NCBI GenBank assembly: GCA_965197475.1
Contig: CBDANF010000003.1
Location: 832,001 to 896,000 of the forward strand
Direction: 5' to 3'
DNA: 64,000 nucleotides
Origin: Candidatus Poribacteria bacterium
Lineage (GTDB): Bacteria > Poribacteria > WGA-4E > WGA-3G
Made by a program: the position numbers and the translations under genes. The notes beneath the pieces were generated by a model, which worked only from the letters and a program-made list of their open reading frames with translations, searched no databases and was not told where the DNA came from. Every line of letters begins with the position of its first letter. Within the stretch, counting starts at the first letter, position 1. Positions 1 through 10,465 of this stretch are shown one piece after another.

Positions 1-3000
1 ATGTCCTCGAACTATTGGGAAATAGTACGAACATTTACTGAGGCGGGAGAAATCGATAAATTGGTTTCAGTTGTTAAGGAAATAATAGAACAAGATAAGC
101 AAACAGGTTTTGGTTACGACTTCGCAAATAGAGCTGCACAGGAATGCATAAGGAACAAAAAACCAAATGCGGCAGTTGAAATCTACGAAAAAATGATGGA
201 AACGGGTAGGACAAACGTATACCATCAATTAGCTGATGCTTATGTTGCCACGGGGAACCGTGAAAAGGGAATTGAACTCTTACGCGAGAAGCTGCAAACT
301 GAGCCAACAGAATCAAAGGTCAGTATTATATTAGAACTCTCAGAATTCGATGAAACATTAGATGAACTTAAAGCCTTAGCAGCGAAACATGATGAAGTAA
401 TCGTTGATGACAAAGTTGACCCATCCTTACTTTATCTCGCGGCTGTGACGAAAATTGTGACGAAAGACATAGAAGGTTCAGACCCAATTGTAAATAAACT
501 TCTTGAACGCATCTCGCCACAATTTAGACTTCAATGGCTAAATACCTTAGCTGATACATATAGGGATAAAGCAGAGCAGGATCGCGAAATCCGCATGCTT
601 GAAGCTGCGACTGAGAAAGTTGACCCACAGAATCACTGGCAACTTTCGGATACTTATAGGAAACTTGGAACAGCATACTCACAAAAAGGTGAGAAAGAGA
701 AGGCACAGTACTTTTTCCGAAAAATGGGGACACTTCAACTCTTGCGGCGTACTGCACCAACATTTTGGGATAAAGAGAACGTTGCGCGAACATATATTCA
801 ACACGAAATGTGGGACGAAGCAGAACTTTTATTAACTGAAGTAATCAACGATCTATCGGCAGATCAACATTATAGAGAACGTGCTCAAAGACAATTGACG
901 ACAATCAAAAGGAACCGAGATGGCATTTCAGATACTGAACAGTCAACCCCTGAAACAGAGGGAATTAACATCGTGTTGCAGCGATCAATGGCACAACAAC
1001 ACATGCGCCGCAATCAAATCTCTGAAGCCATAGAAATCTACGAGCAGATTGCGAAAGTGATGCCAGAAGACCTTGAATCCCGATCACAACTTGCCGCACT
1101 TTATTCACGCCAAAAACAGCACAAAAAGGCTCTGGAAACTTGGGAAGCGTTACTTGAAGTTGATCCAGAAAACACAAAATACCAAGATGGGATTATAAAT
1201 GCATATCAAAGTGCAGGAAAGCTCAATGATGCAATTAAACTAGCAGAAAAATATATCCAGAACGATGCTGAAACTGGTGTTCATTACGCTCGTCTTGCAA
1301 AACTCTACGGCAGCAAAGGCGAGTTTGAAGATGCTATCACAACGTGTAAAAAAGCAATTGAACTTTCCCCGGGGAACGCACAAGTTTATCAGGAATTAGC
1401 GAATCTCTATCTGCGTAACAATAAGCTTGATGATGCAGAAAAAGCTTTCAACGAAGCCCTTCAATATTCTACACAGAGGTATGAACAACAAAACATTGAA
1501 CGACAATTAATGGATATCTACCGTCGGAGAGGAAAACTTGATGAATTTTTAAAAGAGGCAGAAAAGAAGGGTACACTTACCTATGATATGCAGAAGGAAC
1601 TCGCGCGCAATTATAGTAATCAAGGCAAGTTAGATGAAGCGACAAAGGCTTATGAGAAAGCACTTCAAATGACAACCCAGGAATGGGAACAGCGGGACAT
1701 TGAACGGTTGATATTATCACTTTACCGTCGTCAAGGAAATTTAGAAGAAAAGTTAAAGGAAGCGGAAAAGAACAATACCCTTACGTTCAATATGCAAGTA
1801 GAACTTGCCCGACAATATCGTACTAAAGGTGAATCGGACAAAGCTATCAGTGCCTATAAGAAGGCACTTGACATGACATCCAGAAGCTATGATCAGGAAA
1901 ACGTTTATAAAGAGTTGATGCAGGAATACGTCCGTCTTGGTAAGAATGATTTAGCCATAGAACTTCATGATTCGATGGCTCAGTCGAATTCAAGCGGCAC
2001 CTCTTCTTCATATAGTCAGTCGGCTGGTTTCGTTATTACCTTCGGTGGCGATGAGGCTCGGCAAACTTTAATTAACGTCTATAGAAGCCAAGGAAAACTT
2101 GATCAATTGAAAACAATCTTTGAAGGTAAACTTGCAAAGAATACGAATGATCCTATTGCTCTTGAAATAGTTGCGGAGATACATAGGAATTCCAAAAACC
2201 ATGAGAAAGCTGCTGAAACTTACCGGGAACTCAGCAAAGCTGACCCTCAGAATATACATGCTTTTTACAATGCAGCCGCTGAATTCAACAAAAGTGATAA
2301 ATCAGAACTTGCTGAAGAGATGTTAAATCAAGGTGCTGCGGCACTTTCATCCAGCAACCGTAAGGGAGAGGTGTGGTTCCTCTGTTCACTTGGTTCTATC
2401 TGTTATAGAGCAAAAATGTACACCCCTGCAATAAAGCTGTTTAAAGACGCGATCGCTGCCAATCAAACTCGTAGCCGCAGTAGTAGTAGATGGGAAGAGG
2501 AGGGATTATATGAACTCATCGGAAAAAGTGCTATCGCTACAGAACAGTATGAAGAAGCCGTTGAAGCATATCAGCAGCTGAAAAAGATTGCCCGCGATGG
2601 TAGAAAGAGAGAGAACGCAGAAAAAGCTATTAAACAGGCATTTAAAGATGGCAAACTTTACGAAAAACGGATTCCTGAACAGATTAAGAAAGTTGAAGCG
2701 GATCCGAATGATGTAAATGCGCGCCTCGCGCTTGCACAAAACTACGAATTAAGTGACAAACCTGAAGAGGCACTTGCACAATATGAAAAGATTAGCGAAC
2801 TTCAACCTGACAAATCTGAATGGCACAAAAAAATTGGTGACCTATACAATAGCTCTACCCAAACTAACAAGCAAGACAATTTAGAGAAGGCGGCTGCGGC
2901 TTATGAAAAAGCGATCACACTTGAGCCTACTTCGTATGAATTTTACGACTTGTTGGCAAAAATTCATAAAAAACAAGACAACCCATCAAAAGCTGAAGCC

Positions 3001-4212
3001 GTATATCGTCAAGCATTACAAGTTACTTTCGAACCCGCTGAATATGATTCAGATGTCAAAGATTCAACTGTCAATGCGATCCTGAAACTTTACGATGGTA
3101 AAGAACATGCAGATAAGCGGCTTGCCATTCTTGTAGAACTTGGTTCAAAAACAACTAACATTCCTATTTTGCACAAAATGTTAGGTGATACCTACGTAGA
3201 ATCAGGTGATACAGAAAAAGCCACGCTTGCATACAAGAAATGGTTAGAAATACTTAAAAATGATTCTAATCAGCGAAATCAGGCATCGAAATATTTTCAA
3301 CTGGCTGAAAGTCTTCTTAGCCAGGATATCATGCTGGATTTTGCGTTAGAACTTGCCAAACAAGCAGCTGAAAGCCGCTCTGATCCAATTTACTTTTCAA
3401 CATTGGGACATGCATACCTTGCTAACGAACAGTATGACCAAGCTTTAGAACAGTTCCAAGTTAGCCTAAACCTTATAACTCAGTCTGGAAGTTTCAGAGG
3501 CAACACAGTAGAACATCTATTGACACGCATCTCTCAAGCAGGAAAGAATGTGAAAGACAAATCACGTTACATTGAGATAATGGGAAAAGTGATTAATGCC
3601 ATTCCTGAGAAACTTGACATTCAGTTAACTGCGAACCTAAAATTAGCAGAATTCTGCCGTGAACTCGGAATGATTGACAAAGCAAAATTGTATATTCAGG
3701 AAACCGGCTTTTTCCCTGAAACCGCATGGTTAACCCTCGGCCCATTTGACAATACAGAGGGTGTCGGTTACAACACTGCCTACATCTCTGAAGAAATGGC
3801 AAAGATTGACATAAACGCGAAATACGAAGGCGTTACTGGACAAATGGCTTGGAAGCAAGGGACTGATGAAATCTTTGATGGATTCTTTGAGTTTGGCAAA
3901 GATGAAAAATGGTACGCTGCGTATGCTTGGATAACCTTTACCTCACCTGAGGAACGGAAAGCACAATTCCGATTCGACAGTGACGACCAAGGTAAAGTGT
4001 GGTTAAATGGGAAAAAGATGTATGCACACAGAAGAACTCGTGGTGCACAAATTGACCGCCGAACTATTCCGGTAACTCTCATCGCTGGTCAAAACTCTAT
4101 CCTCGTTAAGGTCTGTAATGAATCGCTTCCTTGGGGATTCTATCTGCGGATTACTGATACTGAAGGAAACCCTTTTAAAGATTTGAAACTTGGTGGACAA
4201 GGTGAGAATTAG
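1..4212 (+). CDS. Large TPR-repeat protein with C-terminal jelly-roll (PA14/galactose-binding-like) domain; may start upstream of the window
   Basis: 1403-aa ORF with many TPR motifs (e.g. YARLAKLYGSKGEFEDAITTCKKAIELSP); C-terminal WLTLGPF...SDDQGKVWLNG...LVKVCN pattern. Confidence 0.85.
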   Translation: MSSNYWEIVRTFTEAGEIDKLVSVVKEIIEQDKQTGFGYDFANRAAQECIRNKKPNAAVEIYEKMMETGRTNVYHQLADAYVATGNREKGIELLREKLQTEPTESKVSIILELSEFDETLDELKALAAKHDEVIVDDKVDPSLLYLAAVTKIVTKDIEGSDPIVNKLLERISPQFRLQWLNTLADTYRDKAEQDREIRMLEAATEKVDPQNHWQLSDTYRKLGTAYSQKGEKEKAQYFFRKMGTLQLLRRTAPTFWDKENVARTYIQHEMWDEAELLLTEVINDLSADQHYRERAQRQLTTIKRNRDGISDTEQSTPETEGINIVLQRSMAQQHMRRNQISEAIEIYEQIAKVMPEDLESRSQLAALYSRQKQHKKALETWEALLEVDPENTKYQDGIINAYQSAGKLNDAIKLAEKYIQNDAETGVHYARLAKLYGSKGEFEDAITTCKKAIELSPGNAQVYQELANLYLRNNKLDDAEKAFNEALQYSTQRYEQQNIERQLMDIYRRRGKLDEFLKEAEKKGTLTYDMQKELARNYSNQGKLDEATKAYEKALQMTTQEWEQRDIERLILSLYRRQGNLEEKLKEAEKNNTLTFNMQVELARQYRTKGESDKAISAYKKALDMTSRSYDQENVYKELMQEYVRLGKNDLAIELHDSMAQSNSSGTSSSYSQSAGFVITFGGDEARQTLINVYRSQGKLDQLKTIFEGKLAKNTNDPIALEIVAEIHRNSKNHEKAAETYRELSKADPQNIHAFYNAAAEFNKSDKSELAEEMLNQGAAALSSSNRKGEVWFLCSLGSICYRAKMYTPAIKLFKDAIAANQTRSRSSSRWEEEGLYELIGKSAIATEQYEEAVEAYQQLKKIARDGRKRENAEKAIKQAFKDGKLYEKRIPEQIKKVEADPNDVNARLALAQNYELSDKPEEALAQYEKISELQPDKSEWHKKIGDLYNSSTQTNKQDNLEKAAAAYEKAITLEPTSYEFYDLLAKIHKKQDNPSKAEAVYRQALQVTFEPAEYDSDVKDSTVNAILKLYDGKEHADKRLAILVELGSKTTNIPILHKMLGDTYVESGDTEKATLAYKKWLEILKNDSNQRNQASKYFQLAESLLSQDIMLDFALELAKQAAESRSDPIYFSTLGHAYLANEQYDQALEQFQVSLNLITQSGSFRGNTVEHLLTRISQAGKNVKDKSRYIEIMGKVINAIPEKLDIQLTANLKLAEFCRELGMIDKAKLYIQETGFFPETAWLTLGPFDNTEGVGYNTAYISEEMAKIDINAKYEGVTGQMAWKQGTDEIFDGFFEFGKDEKWYAAYAWITFTSPEERKAQFRFDSDDQGKVWLNGKKMYAHRRTRGAQIDRRTIPVTLIAGQNSILVKVCNESLPWGFYLRITDTEGNPFKDLKLGGQGEN

Positions 4213-4229
4213 CGCAAATTAATTTTCCG

Positions 4230-4560
4230 AAGATTTAAAATTTATATTTCAATGTGCCTAATTCCAATGCAAGTTCGGCTAAAGTTATAGGTTGGGTTTC
4301 GCATGTGCTCTATTGATATGCGTCAATTTAAGGAAGTTCTACATGTTCCACAAGACCGTAGGCGTGCTTTGGAAGCAATCATTGAGAAAAACAAAAACGC
4401 GTTTGTAGTCGCGCAATTCACGCGCTTCTTTTAGAATTTGTTGGGTTTTGCAAGTTCTACCCACCCTACGGTCCGGAAACTACAGTTAACTCATCTTGTA
4501 TAAGTTCGGTGCGGTTAGGAAACCGCACCTACATAAGGTAGAACCGAACCCTAACCTACA
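4230..4560. repeat. Cluster of GTAG-type REP-like palindromes
   Basis: gtaggcgtgctttggaagca 4358-4377; ggtgcggttaggaaaccgcacctac 4508-4532, near-identical to a copy near 53828-53852; further gggtttc/ctac variants. Confidence 0.6.
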
Positions 4561-4605
4561 TTTAAATTCTTATTGAACTCACTAATTCTATTGCGAGGAT
4601 ATTAC

Positions 4606-4949
4606 ATGTTAAGAAAAAATGGCTATTTAATGTTTGTTTGTGTACTAACGCTTCTCGTCTTTAACTTCACTGCCATTTACGCCAATGATTTGGGAAGTAG
4701 TGAGAAAACTGCCCAACAGGATGTGTCTGTTATGGGTACTGCGCTTGATCTTGCAGGAAATTCGAGTTATGTAGAAATTGGTGACAGTGAGACTTTAAAC
4801 AACATTTCGGAACAGGTTACGGTGTCTGTATGGATCAGACCAACAGATTATCCAAAAAGATATACCAATATTCTTTTCAAAGGCAACAAGCGAATGCCGG
4901 GTATCACGCATCGCCAATTTGCATTCTGGCTGCGGCCTGATGGGAGCGT
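4606..4949 (+). pseudogene. 5' fragment of secreted LamG/concanavalin A-like domain protein, truncated at a rearrangement junction
   Basis: Signal peptide then ALDLAGNSSYVEIGDSETL..VTVSVWIRP LamG motif; sequence switches to the 124-bp repeat at 4950. Confidence 0.7.
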
Positions 4950-5073
4950 TCAATATCAATTTTTGTATAGGCGGTAGTATACAGTGATGGTAAACCTGTT
5001 GTGTCTGAATCGTTACCCTGCAGGTTTATGTATTTTGGCTTTATGGTTCGCTTATGCACATCCCGGTTATAAT
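4950..5073. repeat. 124-bp exact direct repeat, copy 1 (copy 2 at 6971-7094)
   Basis: tcaatatcaatttttgtatagg...catcccggttataat is identical at both sites. Confidence 0.95.
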
Positions 5074-5158
5074 ATCTGCCATTATCCGGGCCCCGCAGCG
5101 CATAAAGGGAAGTGCAGACAAAAAGTGTTAAAAGAAAATAGGATAATATACGTTTCAT
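4950..5158 (-). pseudogene. 5' part of a secreted hypothetical protein (gene X)
   Basis: MKRILSYFLLTLFVCTSLYA signal peptide after an aggagg RBS; continuation is found at 6690-7094. Confidence 0.7.
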
Positions 5159-5170
5159 CGTTTTACCTCC

Positions 5171-5950
5171 TTATGGTAAATCTAAAAATTTGTAGGGGTC
5201 AATACCCTCATCAAAACTTAAAATCTCTAAGTGTGAAGGAATTTCACTTCCTTTTCTTGGCTTATTTCCTGTAATAGAACTCCTAATCAATGCCTTTATG
5301 TCTTTAGCTGGAAAATCATCAGGGTGACCGAGATATCGAAGTGCCGAATTTACCTTCGTCCCATCTGGACTAACAACTTCTTCCCATTCTACATACACTT
5401 TTCCTGGAATAATCGGGTAAACCAATCCGTTGTCGCCAAAAGTGGCACCTTCAACGCGTTCACCCTGTTTCCACAATTTAATCCAAACACGCATGAGTAA
5501 TTCATGGCCTTCTGAGAAACCTTTAAAAGAGAATTTTCCAGCGGGAAAATCTTCAGGAATCTCAGGATAAGGACCAAACCCGTAAGGAGAAACACGTACC
5601 TTGCGCGTCTTTGTTTTAGACGAGGCAGCATTATTCACTGCACCACTGGTTTTAGTCTTTTCAGAACCAGTGTTTGACTCTTCAGTGGTATCTTCGTTGA
5701 CGAATGCCGTTTCTACATTTTCATTCCACTCGTCCTGCACGATTTCTCCTGTAGGGGTAGTTCGTTTCATTACTGCTTCTGTACCGTTTTTTTCATCTTC
5801 CAGTTGAGCAATGAATGCCTCATGTGCTTCTGTCTCCTTTTGGATCTTTGCCATTTCATTTTGATACCAGAGCAAACATCCGATGGAGCAGATAACACAC
5901 AAGATGAAAGCCCCGAGGAACCACCTGTTAACTAAGACATCCCAGTACAT
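5171..5950 (-). CDS. Membrane-anchored hypothetical protein
   Basis: ORF 5171..5980; likely start MYWDVL at 5950; N-terminal TM helix, coiled coil, VSPYGFGPYPEIP motif. Confidence 0.7.
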   Translation of the reverse strand: MYWDVLVNRWFLGAFILCVICSIGCLLWYQNEMAKIQKETEAHEAFIAQLEDEKNGTEAVMKRTTPTGEIVQDEWNENVETAFVNEDTTEESNTGSEKTKTSGAVNNAASSKTKTRKVRVSPYGFGPYPEIPEDFPAGKFSFKGFSEGHELLMRVWIKLWKQGERVEGATFGDNGLVYPIIPGKVYVEWEEVVSPDGTKVNSALRYLGHPDDFPAKDIKALIRSSITGNKPRKGSEIPSHLEILSFDEGIDPYKFLDLP

Positions 5951-6308
5951 TTTCGTTTCCTTTATCAAATTTGCTAACAAAATTTATCTTCTATCGTCGC
6001 GCATAGTCTGCGGATTGAATAATAGAAGGAACACGCATCAAAATCAATCTTAAATGCTTTACGGCATTCAACGAGAACGATCCGATGCAACAACAAAAGC
6101 CTGCGACAATATGCCTCGTTTGAGACGAAGTACGTGCGGGCGCGAAAATATCGCAGCATATAATTCCTGCAATAAGACCTTAGGTATTATAATCCAAGTT
6201 TCGGTGAATGTCAAATTTATTTTACGAAATTTATCGGTTTTTACGTCATTTTTGCCAAATTATACACGCGAATTTTGTTTTTGTCAAATTAAATTCCGAA
6301 AATCTCAC

Positions 6309-6680
6309 CTATTCATCTTCCTTGAAGTCTTGACTTTGTAATCCGTAACTCTGCATTCGGTGCTGCAGCTGACGGCGAGAAATACCCAACAATTCTGCCG
6401 CTTTAGTTTGTGTGCCGTTCGTTTTTGTCAAAGCTGCATACACATATTCCTTGATAATATCATCCAAGGCAATGCCACCTTCAGGGATGTCAATCTCAAA
6501 ATCCGTGGGTGGCAGTGAGGTGTCCAAAATTTCGGGAGGCAATTGATCTAAGTCAATGGATGCGTTTTCGGACAAAACATAGATACGATGGAGATAGTTT
6601 TCCAATTGGCGCACGTTCCCGGGCCAATGAAAACGGCACAGGGCAGACATTGCGCGCTGTGTAATTCGCATCGGTACTAG
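6309..6680 (-). pseudogene. C-terminal fragment of a sigma-54-dependent (NtrC-type) activator with Fis HTH
   Basis: WPGNVRQLEN motif and AL..TNG.QTKAAELLGISRRQL HTH; N-terminal AAA+ core absent. Confidence 0.85.
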
Positions 6681-6689
6681 ATAAAAGAG

Positions 6690-7094
6690 CATAGATTGCA
6701 GCTTTCTGCTTTTCCTCTTTATCTCTTTTCCTTTCTTCTTTAGTATCTCCCTCTCCCTCTATATCTCCAATGCCTCCATCATCCCACCAGTCAAAATCAG
6801 ACCTTTCTGCTTTCCTAATTATAGATCCTTCCCATGTGCCGATTTTTAAGTCAGGAGTCTGATTGATGACCCACGCATCAACTATGTAGTCACCTCCACA
6901 GGTTTCCTCTTCTCCTAATGGAGATGAACCGTTACAAGTGGATTTCGCATAAAAATCTATACCGTTCCACTCAATATCAATTTTTGTATAGGCGGTAGTA
7001 TACAGTGATGGTAAACCTGTTGTGTCTGAATCGTTACCCTGCAGGTTTATGTATTTTGGCTTTATGGTTCGCTTATGCACATCCCGGTTATAAT
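6690..7094 (-). pseudogene. 3' part of gene X, fused out of frame to the NtrC fragment and cut by IS3
   Basis: Shares HKRTIKPKYINLQGNDSDTTGLPSLYTTAYTKIDIE with 4950-5158 and continues WNGIDFYAK...; junction position approximate. Confidence 0.65.
6971..7094. repeat. 124-bp exact direct repeat, copy 2
   Basis: Identical to 4950-5073; abuts the IS3 left end. Confidence 0.95.
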
Positions 7095-7173
7095 TGTACT
7101 GCCACCGGAAATTCGGGCCGCTCTCTAAGACAAGATTATGGTATAATATTCATCTACTTGAAAGGAGTATCCG

Positions 7174-7464
7174 ATGGCGAAACGAAAACGAAGAAACTTC
7201 ACCTCCGAGTTTAAAGCCGAAGTTGTTCTTGAGGCTCTCAGCGTTGAAAGTTCCCAAGCAGAAGTGTGTCGGCGACATAACCTCATCGATGAACAACTTT
7301 CAAAGTGGAAGCGACAGCTTCTTGAAAAAGCGGCGACCCTCTTTGAACCCGCTGATAAACAGTCTGATGCCTCTGCGGAGCGGATCGCCCAACTTGAGCA
7401 ACTCGTTGGGCGGTTGACCTTGGCACTTGACATCCAAAAAAAAGCCTCAACTTACTTGAGTTAG
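7174..7464 (+). CDS. IS3 transposase OrfA
   Basis: RRNFTSEFKAEVV...QLSKWKRQ HTH_Tnp_1 pattern. Confidence 0.9.
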   Translation: MAKRKRRNFTSEFKAEVVLEALSVESSQAEVCRRHNLIDEQLSKWKRQLLEKAATLFEPADKQSDASAERIAQLEQLVGRLTLALDIQKKASTYLS

Positions 7465-7469
7465 CCTCG

Positions 7470-8300
7470 ATGGAGCAGCGAGAAATGGTTACGGCATTAC
7501 GGACAGACTTTTCGGTTCGGCAGATATGTGAGACACTCGGTTTCAACCGAAGCAACCTCTATTATCACTCCAAGCAGGCCCCGTGTGAAGCGGGCCTCCA
7601 GGATGAAATAGAGACGTTATCTTTGCTATATCCAACATACGGATATAGGCGTCCCACACAGTTGTTGGTGCGTAGCGGATACACCATCGGGTATAAACGT
7701 GTTGCCCGATTGATGAAGTCCGCCAACCTCTCGGTTTCTGTCAAGCGTGTCTGTCAAACCACGACATCCGTTGCGGGTGTGCGTCCCTGGAGCAATCGCC
7801 TTGAAAACCTTGATGTCTCCCGATGTAATCAGGTCTGGGTGGGCGATATTACCTACGTCCGCCTCAAAGGACACTTTATCTATGTTTGTCTGCTCATGGA
7901 TGTCTTCACTCGCATGATCAGAGGGTGGCATATCAGTCAACACTTGACGCAATCTCTGACGTTGAAACCCTTGGAGACAGCATTATGTCAAAGTGTCCCA
8001 GAGATCCATCATTCTGATCAAGGCGTTCAATATCTTTCAAATGCGTCCATCTCACTGCTTAGGCATCATGGGATTGAGATTTCAGTCGCCCGGAGAGGGT
8101 GTCCTTGGGAGAACGGATATGCTGAAAGACTTATCCGCACGCTCAAGGAAGAAGAAGTTCATCTCAATGACTATGAGGACATCCACGAAGCAAGAACCCG
8201 CATTGGGCATTTTATTACACAAGTGTATAATCACAAACGCCCTCACTCTGCGTTAGGGTATTTGACACCTGTGGAATTTGAGCAAAAAAACTTGTCTTAA
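7470..8300 (+). CDS. IS3 transposase OrfB (rve integrase core)
   Basis: YGYRR, WVGDITY, HHSDQGVQY, ENGYAER, RPHSALGY motifs. Confidence 0.92.
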   Translation: MEQREMVTALRTDFSVRQICETLGFNRSNLYYHSKQAPCEAGLQDEIETLSLLYPTYGYRRPTQLLVRSGYTIGYKRVARLMKSANLSVSVKRVCQTTTSVAGVRPWSNRLENLDVSRCNQVWVGDITYVRLKGHFIYVCLLMDVFTRMIRGWHISQHLTQSLTLKPLETALCQSVPEIHHSDQGVQYLSNASISLLRHHGIEISVARRGCPWENGYAERLIRTLKEEEVHLNDYEDIHEARTRIGHFITQVYNHKRPHSALGYLTPVEFEQKNLS

Positions 8301-8339
8301 CTTTGCTAAATTTTGGTCTGAATAAACGGTAGCACTTCA

Positions 8340-8879
8340 AAAGGACAAATTTTTTCTATAAACATATCGCTCCGCTGGAGCGAAAGATTACGTGCTTTAA
8401 CTATACTTTGGACAATTTTTAGAGTTCTTGAGTGATAGTCAAGGTCAATAGAAACATCTAAGACATTATAGTAAAATCTGTAATTATCTGGACACTGCTG
8501 TAGCGTCCACTTTCAGTTTGCGCAAGGACGACACAAACTAAAAGTTTGTGCTACAAAATATGCGGTAGGAACTGTTTCCCAACTGGACCGATAACAATGT
8601 CCAAGTAATTCTAAAATCTACTATAATATAAGATTTAATTGATACACATTTCGCCCCGCGGGCTAATAGGGGTTGTTCACCAGCGTTTCTATAAACATTT
8701 CGCCCCGTTGGGTCTGCCTTTGCTGCACCTATAATAGTTTTTCTGTGGGTTACAACTTTGCACAAAACTCGTAGAAAAATAGAAAGGACTTGAGAACACA
8801 ACATGAAACAGACAGAAATTGTCCAAACTTTAGTAACTATAAGGGAATTGATCGATTTTCAATAGGTAGCAAATTGAGT
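8340..8879. mobile_element. Nested MITEs: truncated MITE-A containing MITE-B (8401-8833), which contains MITE-C (8467-8625)
   Basis: A matches ~54000-54102; B matches 29913-30137 (TIR ctatactttggacaattt / aaattgtccaaactttag, TAA on both sides here); C is the reverse complement of 51559-51717. Confidence 0.85.
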
Positions 8880-9037
8880 TATAATTCTAAAGTGCTCTGC
8901 CTTGCTACAGTAGATTCGTCAATTCACGCTGAAATCTATCCTTACGGATATCCGTTCCCTCCTATTATCCTGTTGTTAACCTTCTGTATAGTTATAGTAT
9001 AATATTGAAAACTGCTAATTGTTCTGAGGTGGACACT

Positions 9038-10209
9038 ATGCAAAAATTATTTCTCAAAATTATTAAACCGCAGGCCTTTATTGGGTGCTTTATATTACTC
9101 ATATTAACCGGTATTTCACTTGTTTCTGCTGACGAGGAACACGGTGAATCAACCCGCCCCGACAGCTACGGACCAATCGGTGTAATGGGGGAGCAGGTGA
9201 GTTGATGCTTTCATATTGTTTTATGGGTATGGGTATGAATGGACTCCGAGATGGGGCTGATCCTATTTCAACCGAAGAAGCCCTCAAAACTTATGCTATG
9301 GTTCCGACCGTAATGCAGATGCAAATGCGCATGTTCGGTGCGATGTTTGCGCCTCACGATATTGTCACGTTCATGGCGATGACAAGTTATCGGAGTAATT
9401 TCATGGAAATGAAAGGCGCACATGCTCACGCTACTGGAGGACATGACCATGCTGTAGGAAATCACGAGATCGAGAGCGGCGGACTTGGCGACCTCAGGCT
9501 TTCTGCACTGATTCCTTTACTCAATAGATCAAATTTAGTCCTACTTCTTAAAGCGGGTGTCTCTATCCCGGTAGGTTCTATTCCTGTAGAAGGCACACAC
9601 GGTGGAACGGAGGAGGTAGTTCTTCCGTATCCGATGCAATTGGGTTCCGGTTCTTTTGAACTGATGCCTGGTGCAACCGCTGCGACAACACAGGGCAATT
9701 GGTCGTTTGGTTTGCAGGCGAATGCTGCAATTCCTCTCAATGAAAACAATCGAGGTTATAAATTGGGAACTTCTATTGGCACTACGGTTTGGGGCACACG
9801 CAAGCTCAATGACTGGCTCAGTGTTTCTATCCGTGGATCGTTTAAAAATTGGGGCAATATTTCTGGTCAAGATGCGGCATTCGCCCCAAAAGACGAGATG
9901 GAATCGACAGAAGATCATCATGATACTGAGGAGCATGGAACCCAGGATGCTCATCATGCAGCACCGATGGAGACAACCGATGTTTATTATATCGCGCCAA
10001 CGATGGACCCAAATCTTCGCGGCGGCACGCGCGGCAGTTTGTCAGCAGGTGTGAACTTCATCGTTCCTGACAGAGTCGGTGGTGTTTTGGCGGGGCAGCG
10101 GCTTGCTGTTGAGTTACAGATGCCGGTCTATGAGAATCTTGACGGACCACAGATGGGATTGGATTGGACTATTGTTGCTGGTTGGCAATACGCTTTTGCG
10201 TTATGGTAG
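9038..10209 (+). pseudogene. His-rich outer-membrane beta-barrel/transporter-like protein, frameshifted near 9192
   Basis: Signal peptide and RPDSYGPIGVMGE in one frame, GELMLSY...GLGDL...LPYPMQLGSG...GWQYAF in another. Confidence 0.7.
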
Positions 10210-10465
10210 AGCGGTTGTTGACTTTCGGCAGCTGGCTATTGGCTGTTGGTTATAACGTGCTGCTTACCAATTTTTTGGATGATCGGACTACTGCTTGGGT
10301 CTTAGGTTATTTCCAAGAGGATGCCGCAGCGTTCGGTGCTTAAATCTGTGCAGGTTAGACCGGGCGGTGGTTCTCGAATCGGTTGCGGTGTGATTGGATT
10401 GGTAGAGTAAAAGTTAACTCTTTTATAGAAGTGAACTCCTTAGTGGCGATTTCTAACTGCAGCTA

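Larger units (their letters stand above)
7095..8339 (+). mobile_element. IS3-family insertion sequence without target duplication
   Basis: TG...CA ends; imperfect IRs tgtactgccaccg / cggtagcacttca; orfA and orfB; A8G slippery site at 7436-7444. Confidence 0.9.

Noticed and set aside
4950-7094. 124-bp repeat pair as a DGR template/variable repeat
   Set aside because: The copies are identical (no adenine-specific mismatches) and there is no reverse transcriptase in the window.
8538-9002. Short ORFs 8538-8804 and 8790-9002
   Set aside because: They lie across nested MITEs and are probably spurious.
8880-9037. Cobalamin or metal riboswitch upstream of the His-rich barrel gene
   Set aside because: No B12-box or other recognisable conserved riboswitch motif.
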